This document shows, piece by piece, positions 1 to 12,975 of a stretch of 64,000 nucleotides of DNA. The position numbers were made by a program, and so were the translations under genes. A model generated the notes under the pieces. It saw only the letters and a list, made by a program, of their open reading frames with translations. It was not told the DNA's origin and did no database searches. Numbering within the stretch: position 1 is the first letter of the stretch; the number at the start of each line of letters is the position of its first letter. Origin of the DNA: Syncephalis fuscata S228 (lineage: Eukaryota; Fungi; Zoopagomycota); assembly GCA_025786725.1 (NCBI GenBank), contig JAHLTZ010000044.1:90477-154476 (forward strand), in the 5' to 3' direction.

Positions 1-650
1 ACGTAATTGTCTCTCTAGATTTCACATACTATATTATATGCCTCAATAGCTATGGCTGCTGAGGGCTCAGGGCATATTAAAAACGACAAGAACAACGACT
101 AAAACATTGCTTTCAACATCCAGAATAGAGGCGAGTTTGCAAATATAAAAATGCTGAATGATTTATCTCAACTCCGAAAACATTTTCTATCTAATTAATA
201 CGAACATTCGATTTTAAATGCCGAGCCTATCAACACTCCTGTTGAAGTGAGAAAAGAGGAGTGTAATAGGCCAGAATTAAGCATGCAGTTCAACATAACA
301 GGTTATGCTATAAACGAGTCACAATCCCTTGTCCCCTTTGAACCCAGCGCATTACGCCTTTTCCCACGACATTAATATAAATCCATTGCTTTGGCATTAT
401 ATATTTTGCTTTCCACCTAAGCCTGTCCGTGTCTTTAACGACTACTTTTTCCTTACTTTATTTGATTAACGAATTCGTTTTTTGCCGTTATTTATCGTTA
501 TCTATCGTGGGTTGTTTATTATTATATCACATAACTGGTTGAGCCATTTCTAGGCAACACTTTATTTGTGACCGCTGCCTATTTTGATCCATTACCTATC
601 ATGCGATTAGTCAACGCCACACCTAGCTTGACCTACATCATCCCGTTGAC

Positions 651-2327
651 ATGCCTAACCAAACGCCGGATCTGAAGGCGTCTGCTTCCATCACTAGCCT
701 TCCCGCCTCTTTGCAAGATGCTAAGAACATAACCGACAATGATGATCAGCAAAATCTTCATAAAGGCCTGCGGGCCCGTCATTTGACAATGATTTCTCTT
801 GGTGGCACCATTGGAACTGGCCTATTTTTAGCAAGTGGCAGCTCGATTTTTTCTGCTGGACCGGCTGGGGCTCTGCTCGCCTATGTGCTCATGGGCTGTC
901 TCGTTTACTTTATGATGATATCCCTTGGTGAAATGGCCACCTATATGCCGACGGCTGGATCAATGAATACGTATATTGCTCGTTTTGTTGATCCATCACT
1001 GGGATTTGCTTTTGGCTGGAATTACTGGTACTCATGGGCAACAACATTGGCTGTAGAACTTGTGGCAGCCGGTGTGGTCATGCGGTATTGGTTACCTCAA
1101 GTACCCGTATGGGTTTGGTCACTCATTGTACTTATCATTGTACTTTCTATCAACCTTATTAGCGTACGTGGCTATGGCGAGGCTGAATATTGGTTCAGTC
1201 TTATCAAGGTCGTCACTGTCGTCATTTTTATCTTTATTGCTTTCCTCGTTGTATGTGGCGTGGGTCGCGATGGCCCCGTCGATGGCAGTACATTTAAAGA
1301 TGGCATGGCATTTAAAGATGGCGTTCGTGGTGTAATTGGTGTATTTCTTGTAGCTGGATTCAGTTTTCAAGGCACAGAGCTTGTTGGTGTTGCCGCTGGC
1401 GAGTCTGCCCGTCCACGTCGTGATGTACCACGCGCTATCCGTCAAGTATTCTGGCGTATTCTACTCTTTTACGTACTATCCATGCTACTAATCGGCCTAT
1501 TGGTGCCCAGCACCGACGAACAATTACTTAGCGGAGGTGATAATGTTAGTGTATCACCATTTACTTTAACATTCCAGAAAATTGGTATCAGTGTTGCCGC
1601 CCATATTATGAACGCTGTTATTCTTACGGTAGTGTTATCGGCTGGCAATAGCTCTCTTTACGCATCAAGTCGCACACTTTACGTACTTGCCCAAGAAGGC
1701 AAAGCACCAAAACTATTTGCTCGAGTCAATAAGCGTGGCGTACCTGTTTATGCCCTACTACTTACAACACTTATTGGTGCGCTGGCCTTTTTATGCTCAT
1801 TATTTAACGATCAAACAGTTTATTTGTGGCTACTTTCGTTATCTGGTGTATCTGGATTTATTTCCTGGATGGGCATTGCCATTGCACATATACGTTTCCG
1901 CCGCGCATATATTGCCCAGGGTCGTTCGCTAGACGATCTGCCTTATCGTGCTAGTCTGTATCCCTTTGGACCATGGTTCGCTCTTGTATTGGGTACACTC
2001 GTCATTCTCGGTCAAGGCTACTCGGCCGTGGTTGGTGTTGACGAAGTTGACGTTAGCAAGATTGTTATGGCCTATATCGGCATTCCACTATTGCTCGCAC
2101 TTTATATTGGTCATAAGCTTATTTGCAAAACAAAGATAGTCCCACTTATGGAGGTCGATTTAGATACCGGCAAAAGCGCCGCGGTCGGTAACGGATCCAC
2201 TGAAATGGGCGAAGTGCCGGCTACGAATCTTAACTGGCGCAATGGTTCTAATCCACTCCAAATGGCCAACATTGGGTGGAAACAGTTTAGAACAACGCGC
2301 GTAGGCCGAGTTATTGATAACTTGTAA
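651..2327 (+). CDS. APC-superfamily amino acid permease, LysP/YAT-like, intronless
   Basis: 558 aa ORF with LRARHLTMISLGGTIGTGLF, FSFQGTELVGVAAGES, VFWRILLFY and SAGNSSLYASSRTL motifs and many hydrophobic segments. Confidence 0.93.
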   Translation: MPNQTPDLKASASITSLPASLQDAKNITDNDDQQNLHKGLRARHLTMISLGGTIGTGLFLASGSSIFSAGPAGALLAYVLMGCLVYFMMISLGEMATYMPTAGSMNTYIARFVDPSLGFAFGWNYWYSWATTLAVELVAAGVVMRYWLPQVPVWVWSLIVLIIVLSINLISVRGYGEAEYWFSLIKVVTVVIFIFIAFLVVCGVGRDGPVDGSTFKDGMAFKDGVRGVIGVFLVAGFSFQGTELVGVAAGESARPRRDVPRAIRQVFWRILLFYVLSMLLIGLLVPSTDEQLLSGGDNVSVSPFTLTFQKIGISVAAHIMNAVILTVVLSAGNSSLYASSRTLYVLAQEGKAPKLFARVNKRGVPVYALLLTTLIGALAFLCSLFNDQTVYLWLLSLSGVSGFISWMGIAIAHIRFRRAYIAQGRSLDDLPYRASLYPFGPWFALVLGTLVILGQGYSAVVGVDEVDVSKIVMAYIGIPLLLALYIGHKLICKTKIVPLMEVDLDTGKSAAVGNGSTEMGEVPATNLNWRNGSNPLQMANIGWKQFRTTRVGRVIDNL

Positions 2328-2394
2328 CGAATAAGACACTGCTGTGCTTTTTCTGTTAATTATAATGAAATAAAATTGCTATTACAAACATGTT

Positions 2395-3010
2395 TTATAA
2401 CATGGATAGTTTTTTAGTGGTCAAATAACTTTTATTCTTAATGCATTTATTACTTCACTTTTAATTGTTCTATAATAATGAATATTTTTTGAGGTCAAAT
2501 GACTTTAATTAATTCACTTATATTAACAGTGCAATATATAATCTACGTCATCACATTTCCTTTCTCTTTCTTTACACGTGACAGCATATATCCATTGCAT
2601 ATACTTGTACACTCCATATATGCTACCTAAATAGTGTCAGTAGTTGACTGACTACTAGTCAAGTGCAAACACTATTTACACTATGCCCTTGCATTGCTCT
2701 TCTTTAATCCGACCTTTGCAAATTACCTTATTCACTCCGGTCATTGGTATTGGCAGCCTTATTAACGCGGTAGGTGCATTTCCAACTTGTTTTTATGTTA
2801 TTTTAAGCATATGCTGTGAAATCTCGTTGTATGCTGTGTTGTTACTATTGATCGCAATTGCAGGTCATCTGGCAACAGCTCCGCAATCTCAACAGTAACA
2901 GTGCAATATGCTATTGTCAAGACTGTACAAGCTACTGTTAGTACGATCTGCAGCAGGATCTATAGCAAATCAAAGTATAAAACGGATCTGGCAGCATATA
3001 GCCACCACAG
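2395..3010 (-). repeat. Diverged inverted copy of dispersed repeat family A
   Basis: Aligns by eye to the reverse complement of ~7170-7800, e.g. taatctacgtcatcac, gtgtcagtagttg, atgctgtgaaat and gcaatctcaacag. Confidence 0.8.
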
Positions 3011-3339
3011 TCATTATGTACAGCTGCTGTACGCATACGCCGGCAATAGAAGCAGATTTTACTGCTAATATAGTCGTTGAACAAATTTTCAACACCAGTA
3101 CAACATGCGATTCGTCACTGTTGCTATTGTAATATTAACAATAAAAATATGGTCGTTTATTTGTATGTTTAAATGAACCAAGTTGAAATATACAAAGAAT
3201 AAAGCTAGATACAGGCAGATAGCGGTTTTAAATAGAATAAGGACAGCGAGCATAAATGCATATATTAAAGTGAGTATACAATGGAAATAGTACGAATGGC
3301 GATGTTGACGTTATATATAATGGTACAAATGAAGTATAT

Positions 3340-3568
3340 TAAAACATATAAACAATATAATGTATTAGTATATTATAGAATGATATATGGTAGTGTGGGA
3401 TAGAATGGAAATGATATAGGTGAATAGAGGATATATGCATACTGGATAATAATCTATGACGATGCTGATTTGAATGGATGATGTCATTCACCGCTCAGTT
3501 TATGTTCAATAGAACGAATGTTTAATTCAATTACGCGAATGCTATTAGATTCAGTCATTTGACGCCCC
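3340..3568 (-). repeat. Dispersed repeat family B (MITE-like arm)
   Basis: gaatagaggatatatgcatactggata...gatgtcattcacc...atgttcaatagaac...agtcatttgac is the reverse complement of 24833-25040 and 14700-14880. Confidence 0.8.
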
Positions 3569-4625
3569 ATCATACTAAATAACTAATCAAATGTTTGTAA
3601 ATTAAATTGTTCAATAATGCTAAATGACACACAGTATGTAACATAATTATGAATAATCAATAAATACATGCCATTTCTTGCAGATCCGTTCTATTCTCTG
3701 CTGCTAATATCAAGTTGTCTGCAAATATTCTGTGCGCTACATCTGTCTGAGTAATACCTTTTTAGTGATTCGTACTTACAGACATATTGTGCCTTACTCA
3801 ACTCGGTAATTAATGGATTATAGAATACTGGCCACAATGGCAGCAAATCAGCTTACTCCTTGGCCTAATTACATTTTGAATGACGCATATCTGTATAAAC
3901 TATTTGACATAACTAATTAGATTTCTTTTTAGTAACTACTATTTTTATAAAGAATCCCTTGCCCCTTCAAAGAGGGGGCTAAACTAGGGAGTTACGAGTT
4001 GGATGGCTAGCAACTTGTGCGCCTTTACGTGCAATGTATAGTCGCATTGATTCCATCTACATGCACATCAAGGCATGCAAAATGCATCATGTGCACTAGG
4101 CGTGGGGAATTTGTGATATAAATTGACATATTTACTACTTGAACATGCATCTATGTTTATCATTGCTATTTTTGAACATTTCCATCGTGATTTCTTGCCT
4201 GACCGGTCGTGCACTTTTCCCGTAGCGTTCGTTTACATATAACTTCTTTCTCAAACAATACTGCTGCTGCTACTACTGTGGTTCTACCGCTTCTTTGCTC
4301 TTTTTGCTCTCTCGCTTATTTCAATTGCTTGCTATCTCATTTGGCCATTCCCATTGTTGAATGGTGCTGGGTGTGCATTATTAATTAACTATTGTTACAA
4401 CTATCCCACGCTATTGCCTATATATATATATATACGCCTATTTGTCTATCAGCTCGGACTATTGTATCCGGTTCTTTCTTCTTTCGACTTCTTAAACGGC
4501 TTTCCCTGCGATTTTATGTTTTTGACTATATAACGCACGAATACTGATTCGGTTGACGTTTAACTTGTCTTTATTAAAGCCGTTATTGCCACTACTACTA
4601 TTGCTGTTGCTATATAGTTTACATT

Positions 4626-6398
4626 ATGACGACACAGGCCCTTGATAACGTCCTCCCGTGGCCATTATCGAAATATGATATCGACCCACAAACTGGCTTT
4701 CTACCACCTGAAGAGCCACTACATCGTTTGCCAGCCGATGGGCCGTTTAATATTTGGGAACGTTTAATGGACGACCTACAAGGATTGTTATTAACGGGCA
4801 CTTTACGAGCTCGTATACTTAAGGTAGTTTGTCTATTGCCACACTGTACTTGTAGAGCAGCTATTCTAACTTGCTATGTTTATAGCTGCCAATACTCGAT
4901 GTCGATCTACTCACGACTGTACCCGAACATCGTCGTGCCTATCTTGTGCTATCGATGTTGACCCACGCCTACGTTTGGGGTAAACATGAGCCTGCAGCCG
5001 ATGTACTACCTGCCTGTTTAGCTATTCCTTTCTGCAAAGTATCCGAAATGCTTGGTATTCTTCCAGTTGCCACCAGCGCTTCGTGTGCGACTTGGAATTG
5101 GAAGCGGCTTGATCCAGAAGGACCGTATGATTTAAGGTAAGTAAAGCTAAGCCGCTGGTTAAAAAAGACGCGAGAAACTAATAATTACTTAGCAACTTAA
5201 TTACGTTGCATACCTTTTCTGGTTCTATGGACGAATCATGGTTTTATCTCATCACGACAGCAATAGAAGCACGTGGAGGTAGAGCCATCTGTGCTATGTT
5301 GGCAGCAGCAAAGGAGACGCTATCGGCAACGCCTTCGATGCAACGGTTGGCTGAGCAATTGACTATACTTGGCGACGAAATTGCTCAAATGGCACATATT
5401 CTAAATCGTATGTACGAACGCTGCGATCCGTATGTGTTCTTCTGGAAGGTAAGTTAACATTGGAAAGCGATTGTTTGTTAATTTATTGACTAGGTCCGTG
5501 TATACTTGGCTGGCTGGTCTAATATGAAAGAGGCAGGACTGCCTAATGGTCTTCATTATGAGGGCGTAGATGCTGAGGGTATCTATCGCGAATATCCTGG
5601 CGGCAGTGCCGGCCAAAGTGCACTAATGCATAGCCTGGACTTGGGACTAGGTATACAGCATAATGCAACAGGAAAAAATACCGGACGAAATCAATTTATG
5701 CTGGCCATGCGAAAGCACATGCCAGCTACGCAGCGACAATTCCTTGTTGACCTTGAAACAAAGACGGATATTCGCTCATTTATTCAGCAGCTAGCAAGCC
5801 ATGAGACTGTTGATACTCATGCCGCGCAAGTAATTGCCGCATATGATCGATGTGTCGATCAGCTTAAGCAGTTCCGTGATCGTCATATTCAAATGGTTAC
5901 CCTTTATGTGATTATGCCAGCACGTAAAGGTCCAGTCGTAGGTGGACATCGCAGTGTAGCAGGTACAATGATGAACGAGAAACCCACCATACCAGCCACT
6001 TTGGCAACAGGGCATGGCCGAGAAGCGCCTTTGACGCCACATGTGGCAACGGTACAGCATTCACCACATGCTCCTGATACCGCATTTAGGTCATCACGAT
6101 TGTATCCACAAGCTGTGGCTAGTGGCAGCACTGCCGAAACCGGTTCCGATACACCGGCACTAACCTCCACACCATCGCCAGGGCATCACCAGTATCGACG
6201 GCCAGCACAGGTCATGATATTTCACCGCCACGCTCACCCATCAAATCGCTGCCACCACCCGCCTTTGATACGCAACCGTACTTTGGTTTGGCACGTCCCA
6301 ACGAAGGTGATCGAGTCAATCGCGGTACTGGTGGTACAGATGTCCTACCATTTCTTAAACAGCTTCGCGATGAAACGAAGACGGCAAAAATGCGCTAG
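4626..6398 (+). CDS. BNA2: Indoleamine 2,3-dioxygenase (BNA2-like), 4 exons
   Basis: Introns at 4824-4885, 5137-5192 and 5449-5493. Motifs GFLP, HAYVWG, DESWFYL, GGSAGQS and FRDRHIQMVTLYV. The C-terminal RGTGGTDVLPFLKQLRDET lies in another frame after a 1-nt deletion near 6181-6183; stop TAG at 6396-6398. Confidence 0.92.
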
Positions 6399-7018
6399 TT
6401 ATACCAATTCCTATGTCTAATCTATCATTGTTTAAATCTTTATGTTTAACACCTTGCAGCAATAGCAATAGTAGCAATCATATTCATGGTGGTAATCTTG
6501 TGGCTATTCATACGCAAGCGCCATTAAAAGCGTGCAAATAAACATTGTAATTATCCTGAACACTTATTTCAATGTAATCATAGTATATTGAATCAAATAG
6601 CTTATTATTTGTAATATCAAATGAATTTGTGTTCATAATATCGCACCTCATATTGCATAAATGTTTATTCATTGCTATAACATGCCATTTGGCCGTTTCA
6701 TCTGTATTACAACATGACCATATATTTTTATTAATTAAATAAAAATATTTTCTTTTTACATTACTATTAGCATATTACAAATAGCTAGATTTACACAACT
6801 GCAACATGTCATTTGTTTTAATAATACTAGTAATAATTTATTGCTGATAGAGCTAGTTTTAAACGGATAAAAGTATATATTATATTGTGGTCATTATAAA
6901 ATAAAATAGTATACAATGAAAAGAATACCGATAATGGTGCTAGAGTTGTACTGTATATAATTTTAATGTTGCCATTCATATTTATCAATATATATACTCA
7001 TTCTAACGTGTGTTCCTC

Positions 7019-7829
7019 TATCGTTTACCGATTATACGTTATTAATAAAAGCTGTCTGCTTATTGCCAACTGTATTTGTCATATTGATTCATACTATTTA
7101 TTTCATTTACTCAATCGCATACATGATAGTTTTACCATTATCATTCATGTAGTTTCTTTTGTCTATTTGTTTGGCTATTTATTATTATATGTTGCCAAAA
7201 TCACTTTGTGCTTTGATATGTTACAGATTGCCATTGCAAATTGTACTGGCAATAGCTTTTACAGTCTTTATAGTAGCGGATCGCACTGCTGCTGTTGAGA
7301 TTGCAAAGCTATTACCGGATGACCTACAATGGCGATCTATAGTAAAAGCAAAGTATAAAACGACATTTCACAGCATGTATTCGCCATAATATAAAAACAA
7401 GCCAGAAATGCACTTATCGTGTTGATAAAGTTGCCAATACTAATTATCAAAGTGCTGCTGATTATTTGTAAAAAGATAAGATTAAAGAGCAATACAAGGA
7501 CGTGGTGTAGAAGGTGTTGCTAGTCAACTAACTAATAGTCAGCCAACTACTGACACCAACTAAGTAGCATATATGCTATCAAGTGTGCAGAAAGGGAAAA
7601 GAAAGTGTGATGACGTAGATTATGAGTTGGAACCTTGTCAGTCAATATTTATAGAAACGTGAATTATTTATTAACAAGCAGCATGTGAATAATAAAAGCA
7701 ATCTACCCAACATGTCGGTACATCACAGAACAATGTTAACAGTGAATAAATAAATGTATTAAAATAAATGCCATTTTACCACCAAAGCTATTCATTAGTT
7801 CATTGATGTAAAATAATAAATTTATTAAA
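7019..7829 (+). repeat. Dispersed repeat family A, copy 1 (non-coding, probable non-autonomous element)
   Basis: Near-identical (a few transitions and indels) to 18842-19645; no transposase-like ORF. Confidence 0.92.
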
Positions 7830-9964
7830 TGCGATAGATATGCCACTTGGCACCAAATGTAGTATCAAAAAACTTTTATTAGCAAAATAGCAAGCATAGT
7901 TAAAAAAGTGAATAGCAAATAATAAAAGCCAGCTCGCCATTATACAATATAGTTCATCGATCCATATGATACAGCGCCATGCTATGCCATGCTATAAATT
8001 ACGACACCATAGCACATGATGACCATGAATGTAGAGTAAAGTGGATCGGCAAATAGCTTGCCATTTGTCTACACCCTGCGCTCTTCTTTCGAACCGCATG
8101 ATCATCTTGTGATCTAGTAATTTACTTTAAGCCAATAGCCAGGCATTGGCGCCTTGAACGCACTGTTCTATCCTCCCCCGCTACCACTAATGCCACATGT
8201 CTGGGCATGAATTCCACGTGGACAGTTGTAGATACTCCGCTCCATTAGAGAGACAGTCGCCTAGATTCATATTCTATGATGCTGTCCACCCACTCATGAA
8301 TCTTGTTTAGCCACTCCATTTAGAGAATGAATGGTTGAACAAGATCTACAAACGAATAAGCAACATTTTAGAAGATGGATATAGGCGGCAATGCATGTGT
8401 TATTCATAAAGCATTACAATGGTCTATACAGCCCTCTAAGCAGCTATATGAACCTGCATTTCTACACTTGGCATGCTGTGCACTAAGCTGCACGTATACA
8501 CCAGTATATTATACTATTATGACAGATCAGGAGCAATGCTCTTTATTAATGCATAGACAAGTTTCGCGGGAATAGGAGGGCATAGTCAATCGTTCAAGAT
8601 CAGTACATTCATACGCACGAATACTTTCACGCGCATCGTATGGAGTCTCGTAACCGGTAAATATGCATAAGCATGCCGCTCAAACTACCCATCCATTCAC
8701 ACCAAAAAGATAAGCACCTCGGTCACTTTGTTTGTCTGCCCATCTGCCCGTCTGTGTGAGCGTGAGCACATCTTTTGTTGTGACTTTTCGAACGAATGAA
8801 AGCCTGACGAAATCGGCCTTGTTCGCAATGGCTACCGCGTTTAGTGCGTGTGTCTGTGTTTGTGTGTGCTTGAGCGCGCATGCGTATAAACAGGTCGCGA
8901 GCACACGACTGGCGACCAAGCGACCATGCTGCCGCCTTGTTCACAAGTTCGACTGCAGACGTTATAAAGTTCCTGGAACAGTACTGGTGTTTGCACGCTT
9001 ATCGCTTTCTTTTGTCATCTCTGCTGCTTGCAGTTTATTTTTTAACGTAGTATCGCAATAATAGTAACAGCAACGACGACACAACGTCCAGTTGCTTTTG
9101 TTGTAGCTTACGGCGTTTTTCTCTTTTGCATACTTTTGCCCGGTTATCTTGTTTTACCACCCTACAACGCTACACACCGCACGTTCTCTAGTTCGTCGGT
9201 ATATTTGGTTATTTTTGTTGTCGCACAACTTTGCTTATAAGCGACAGTTTTTATTGTGCTGCCGGTCAGCTTACTACATTCGTCTTACGTCAACTATTGC
9301 TTTTTACGTTGTTTATTGATTGCGGCTATTGCACACTCGGTCTTTCAACGAAATACGTATTGAACACCGACGATTCAACAAGCATACTTAATCAGTACTA
9401 CATATCAGCGGGCTAGGTTCCTTCTTGCCCGATTCAGATTGAATAGCTTTATTTTGACGTACTACAGGTAGTATTTTTGGTAGTCATATTAATAAGGTCC
9501 AAACGCCGCATTATTATATCGGTCTAGATATATTGTCGTCGTTATTAGCAATATTAACATCAACTTTAACATCAACATTAATCGACGTGCTCTTTAATAC
9601 CGTTTTGGCCATTATTACATCCTATTCGTTCTTTAGTTTGTTATAGTCACATCTACTTACGTTGTAACTATAATTACTACATTTAAACACACACACACAA
9701 ACACACACAGATATAGCTACTTGCTATCTGTCCTTTAGTTGTACAATCGTATCTATTTACGGTTTTATTTCTACCAATCAATACTCATCTATATTTCTCT
9801 CTTTCTGTAGCTAGATCACGCTTGATACGTGGTTTCTTTAGCTTATTTTGATACTTTAAGTTTTTGTGGCTAGATTTTTTGTGTGCAAGCAAGCATACTA
9901 CACTGCACGGTGTATTTCCTATTTCGCCAACTTCTATCTATCCATCCTCGACTATACAACCACC

Positions 9965-12054
9965 ATGCCAGTCTCCATCGCTAACTTCATGATGGGCTCG
10001 CGCCACCGTCGTCACGTGTCGACACCTGACATCCGTACACAGTCTGGCCCTAATGGCGAGACTTACGCACAGCTCCCCCCATTGGCCCGTATTTTTGCCA
10101 CTCCACGCTGGCAATTGCCATCCTCAATCAAATCGATCCAGAATAAGCGCAAATCTGGTCCAGCCAAGCTATTTACCAAGATCTTCCGCTCTTCAAAGTC
10201 ATCAAAGAAGGCACAAATCACTGAAGCTGATGTACTTCGTGAGACTGAAGTCGCACTCAGCATTATTGAAGAGACGACCGCGACGACTACTGCCACAATG
10301 ACAGCTGGTCGTCCCGTTGTCAGCATCCAGTCGCCACCAGCCGTTGCCGCCGATGACATTCGTTGGGTCTCAACACCGGTAGAAGCACAAAACCATCCAT
10401 TTACCGTCTATGCTCGTGCTGACGACGAATTACGCGCATTAACCGATCGATTCGTTAGCTCAACAGCCGAATCCGTCCGTAACTTGGCTCCACGTGCCCA
10501 TATTCTACACCAAAAGCACTTGCGTGCCTTGCACGTACTTGTCCGTATGATGGTACCTCGTGCTCGTTTCGGCCCACTTGCTTATCGCAGTCGTATTCCA
10601 ACTGATGACCGCAACGAACTCGAACGTGACGGCTACTGTGAAAGTGTGCTATTCGCTGCTCGTGCTCTCGCTCGTGGCTATCGCATCCGCGGTGCCGAGC
10701 GTGATACCTATGAACTGCGTGACCTTGGTGTGGCTCTTTATGCTGCCTACGAGGCTGTACGTGTCCGTCTTCGTTGCGAACTTGCCCGTATTAACTCGGC
10801 CAGTGTCGATACGCTACTTATGCGCTATGCCTTCTTGGATGCATTACGCCATGCCTCTCGTCCCACACCAAATCTCGAGGCTGACGAATGGACATTGCCT
10901 ATTGATGATGAAGATATTGAACTCTACACAGTGCTTCAATGCCAAACTGCTTTCAACTGCCGCTCAGCCAAGAAACGTGCTGACCAAGATGCCAATGTAA
11001 GCGCGCTTATGGGCATTCGATCAGCACTACTTGATTTCCACCGTAGCTGGGTCGGATTTGAGCGTGCTGTATGCCGCTGCTACTTCTGCACTGAAGGCCA
11101 TCGGCCAGGTTGTCGTCACCAAGGTGAAATTAGCTGCAAGGTTGTGCAGCAATGGCGCGATACACTTACCATTGCTGTACACGAGCAGCTACTCGATGCG
11201 GATATGGTAGCCGAAGTTGATCCAAGTGTTGTATTAGCTTTGCCACGACTTGCACTGCTTGATACATCACTACGTGATATGGGCGCACTTTGCTCAAAGC
11301 CCATTACACTTGCACCGGTCAAGGCACGTTCATGCCCGAACCTATTGTCGAGTGGACGTGCGGCCATTAACTCTGCTCTTACCACCAATGGATCACCACA
11401 GCTACAAAACTTTTCTAATAACGACGGTCTTATGCAGACTGATCCGGACACTGAGCCGGATGTCTGGTGGACTGGCTACTCAGGTGGACTCGTTGCATTG
11501 CGTTCTGAATTGCGTTCATTTACGCCAAAGGATTTACGCCAACTGCGTCGCCGACTTGTGCTTAGCACAATGGCTGCCGAGAATGCAACTGAACTGCCAA
11601 TGCTTGCCAAGTCGGCCAAGGTCGATTCAGCCTTCCGATCCATCTGTGCTCATGCTGATGCTTTGCACAGCGGATCTGGTGCTCAACGATGCCTTGCATT
11701 GCTTGGTCGTGTACTTGACGGCTTTTCTGCCGAACTTGAATCAAGACTAGCCAACATTGAAGCAAATGGTAGTAATGGAACAATATTACTGGACGTAACA
11801 ACGCTACTTGGTATACAGCAGCAGCTTCCGCTGAAGATGATTACCACGATACCGCCTCAATCATTTCCTCCGATGATATGCAGCGCTCTTCGGGCTCGTT
11901 TGGTGATGAAGAAGACGAGATCCGCGATACTACACGGCGTGGCCGAGTCAGTCGCCCGAGTCAACGTCATCATCACGATGTTAGTATGATGATGGCCACG
12001 GGTGCTAAAGTGCCAATGCCGCCCGTACGTCGAGCTGGTGCCATGATGCGCTAA
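9965..12054 (+). CDS. LST2/ZFYVE28-like protein lacking a recognisable FYVE domain
   Basis: Segments SVLFAARALARG, DFHRSWVGFERA, DADMVAEVDPSVVLALPRLALL and FRSICAHADALHS resemble recalled LST2 conserved blocks. ATG at 9965. A probable 1-nt frameshift near 11775 extends the frame to TAA at 12052-12054. Confidence 0.65.
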
Positions 12055-12975
12055 TTAACATCACTAATAGCGTATTCATCATGATGGATACACGCAATCA
12101 CGTGTATCTATTTGTATATGGCCAATTCTTAGACGTGCGCGGATCACCGCGACTATGTATCATATTCGTAGAGAAAGAGTGCGAGTGCGAGAACGGTATT
12201 TAAAATACCATATTGTTATTATCATTAATTTTATTCACGGTTGTTTGTTACGAACATGACTACCAATACCATTACTACTATTACCGCTACCACCACCACG
12301 ATTAATGCATATCGTTTGCTTTATCTCCTTTAGTTACTTTGTCTATTTGATTATCAGCCTCTTTTTATTCCCACTACAATTATAATAAGTGGTTTAATTT
12401 GTGATCAAATTGCATGTGTGGCTATATGATTATTTCACACTTTGTGTTTCCATTCATTATTTCCTTGCGTTTCCTTTCTATTTAGTTTTTTTGCAATAGC
12501 GAGTGTTTACGCTCATTGCAGCGTTATAAATACCACCGTTATTCACAAACATATATATATACATATATTCGATTACGATTATTGCAAACAATTTGTTTCC
12601 TTTTTCCATCATTTTTGCTAATGTATTATTATGAAGAGAAATGAACTTCATAATATAACTAAAAGCGTTAGTTCAAAAATCAACCCATGTTGTCAAAACA
12701 GTCATTATGTCATAGATAGATATACAACAAATATGTGTAAGCAGAGAAAGAAAAAGTATTTTAAAGGAGAATTAAACACTCCAACTTTATCATCCACGCG
12801 TTAGTCGTCACTGATCATGAACGACATACAAAAGCTGTTGCTAACAAAGATAATCGCCAAGATATGTAAGTGGTGTCTGTGTGTGTGTCTGTGTGTAAGT
12901 AAGAAAACGCCCAGCATCAGTAGCAATTGCGACAACAATAACAGACCTGACGACAAATCAAGCGCCAAATACTGT

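Noticed and set aside
3954-3991. GC-rich stem-loop upstream of IDO
   Set aside because: An isolated imperfect hairpin with no recognisable RNA-family features.
6966-7389. ORFs in repeat family A (also 18753-19212 and 2683-3132)
   Set aside because: Short, AT-biased, not preserved in the diverged copy, and without transposase motifs.
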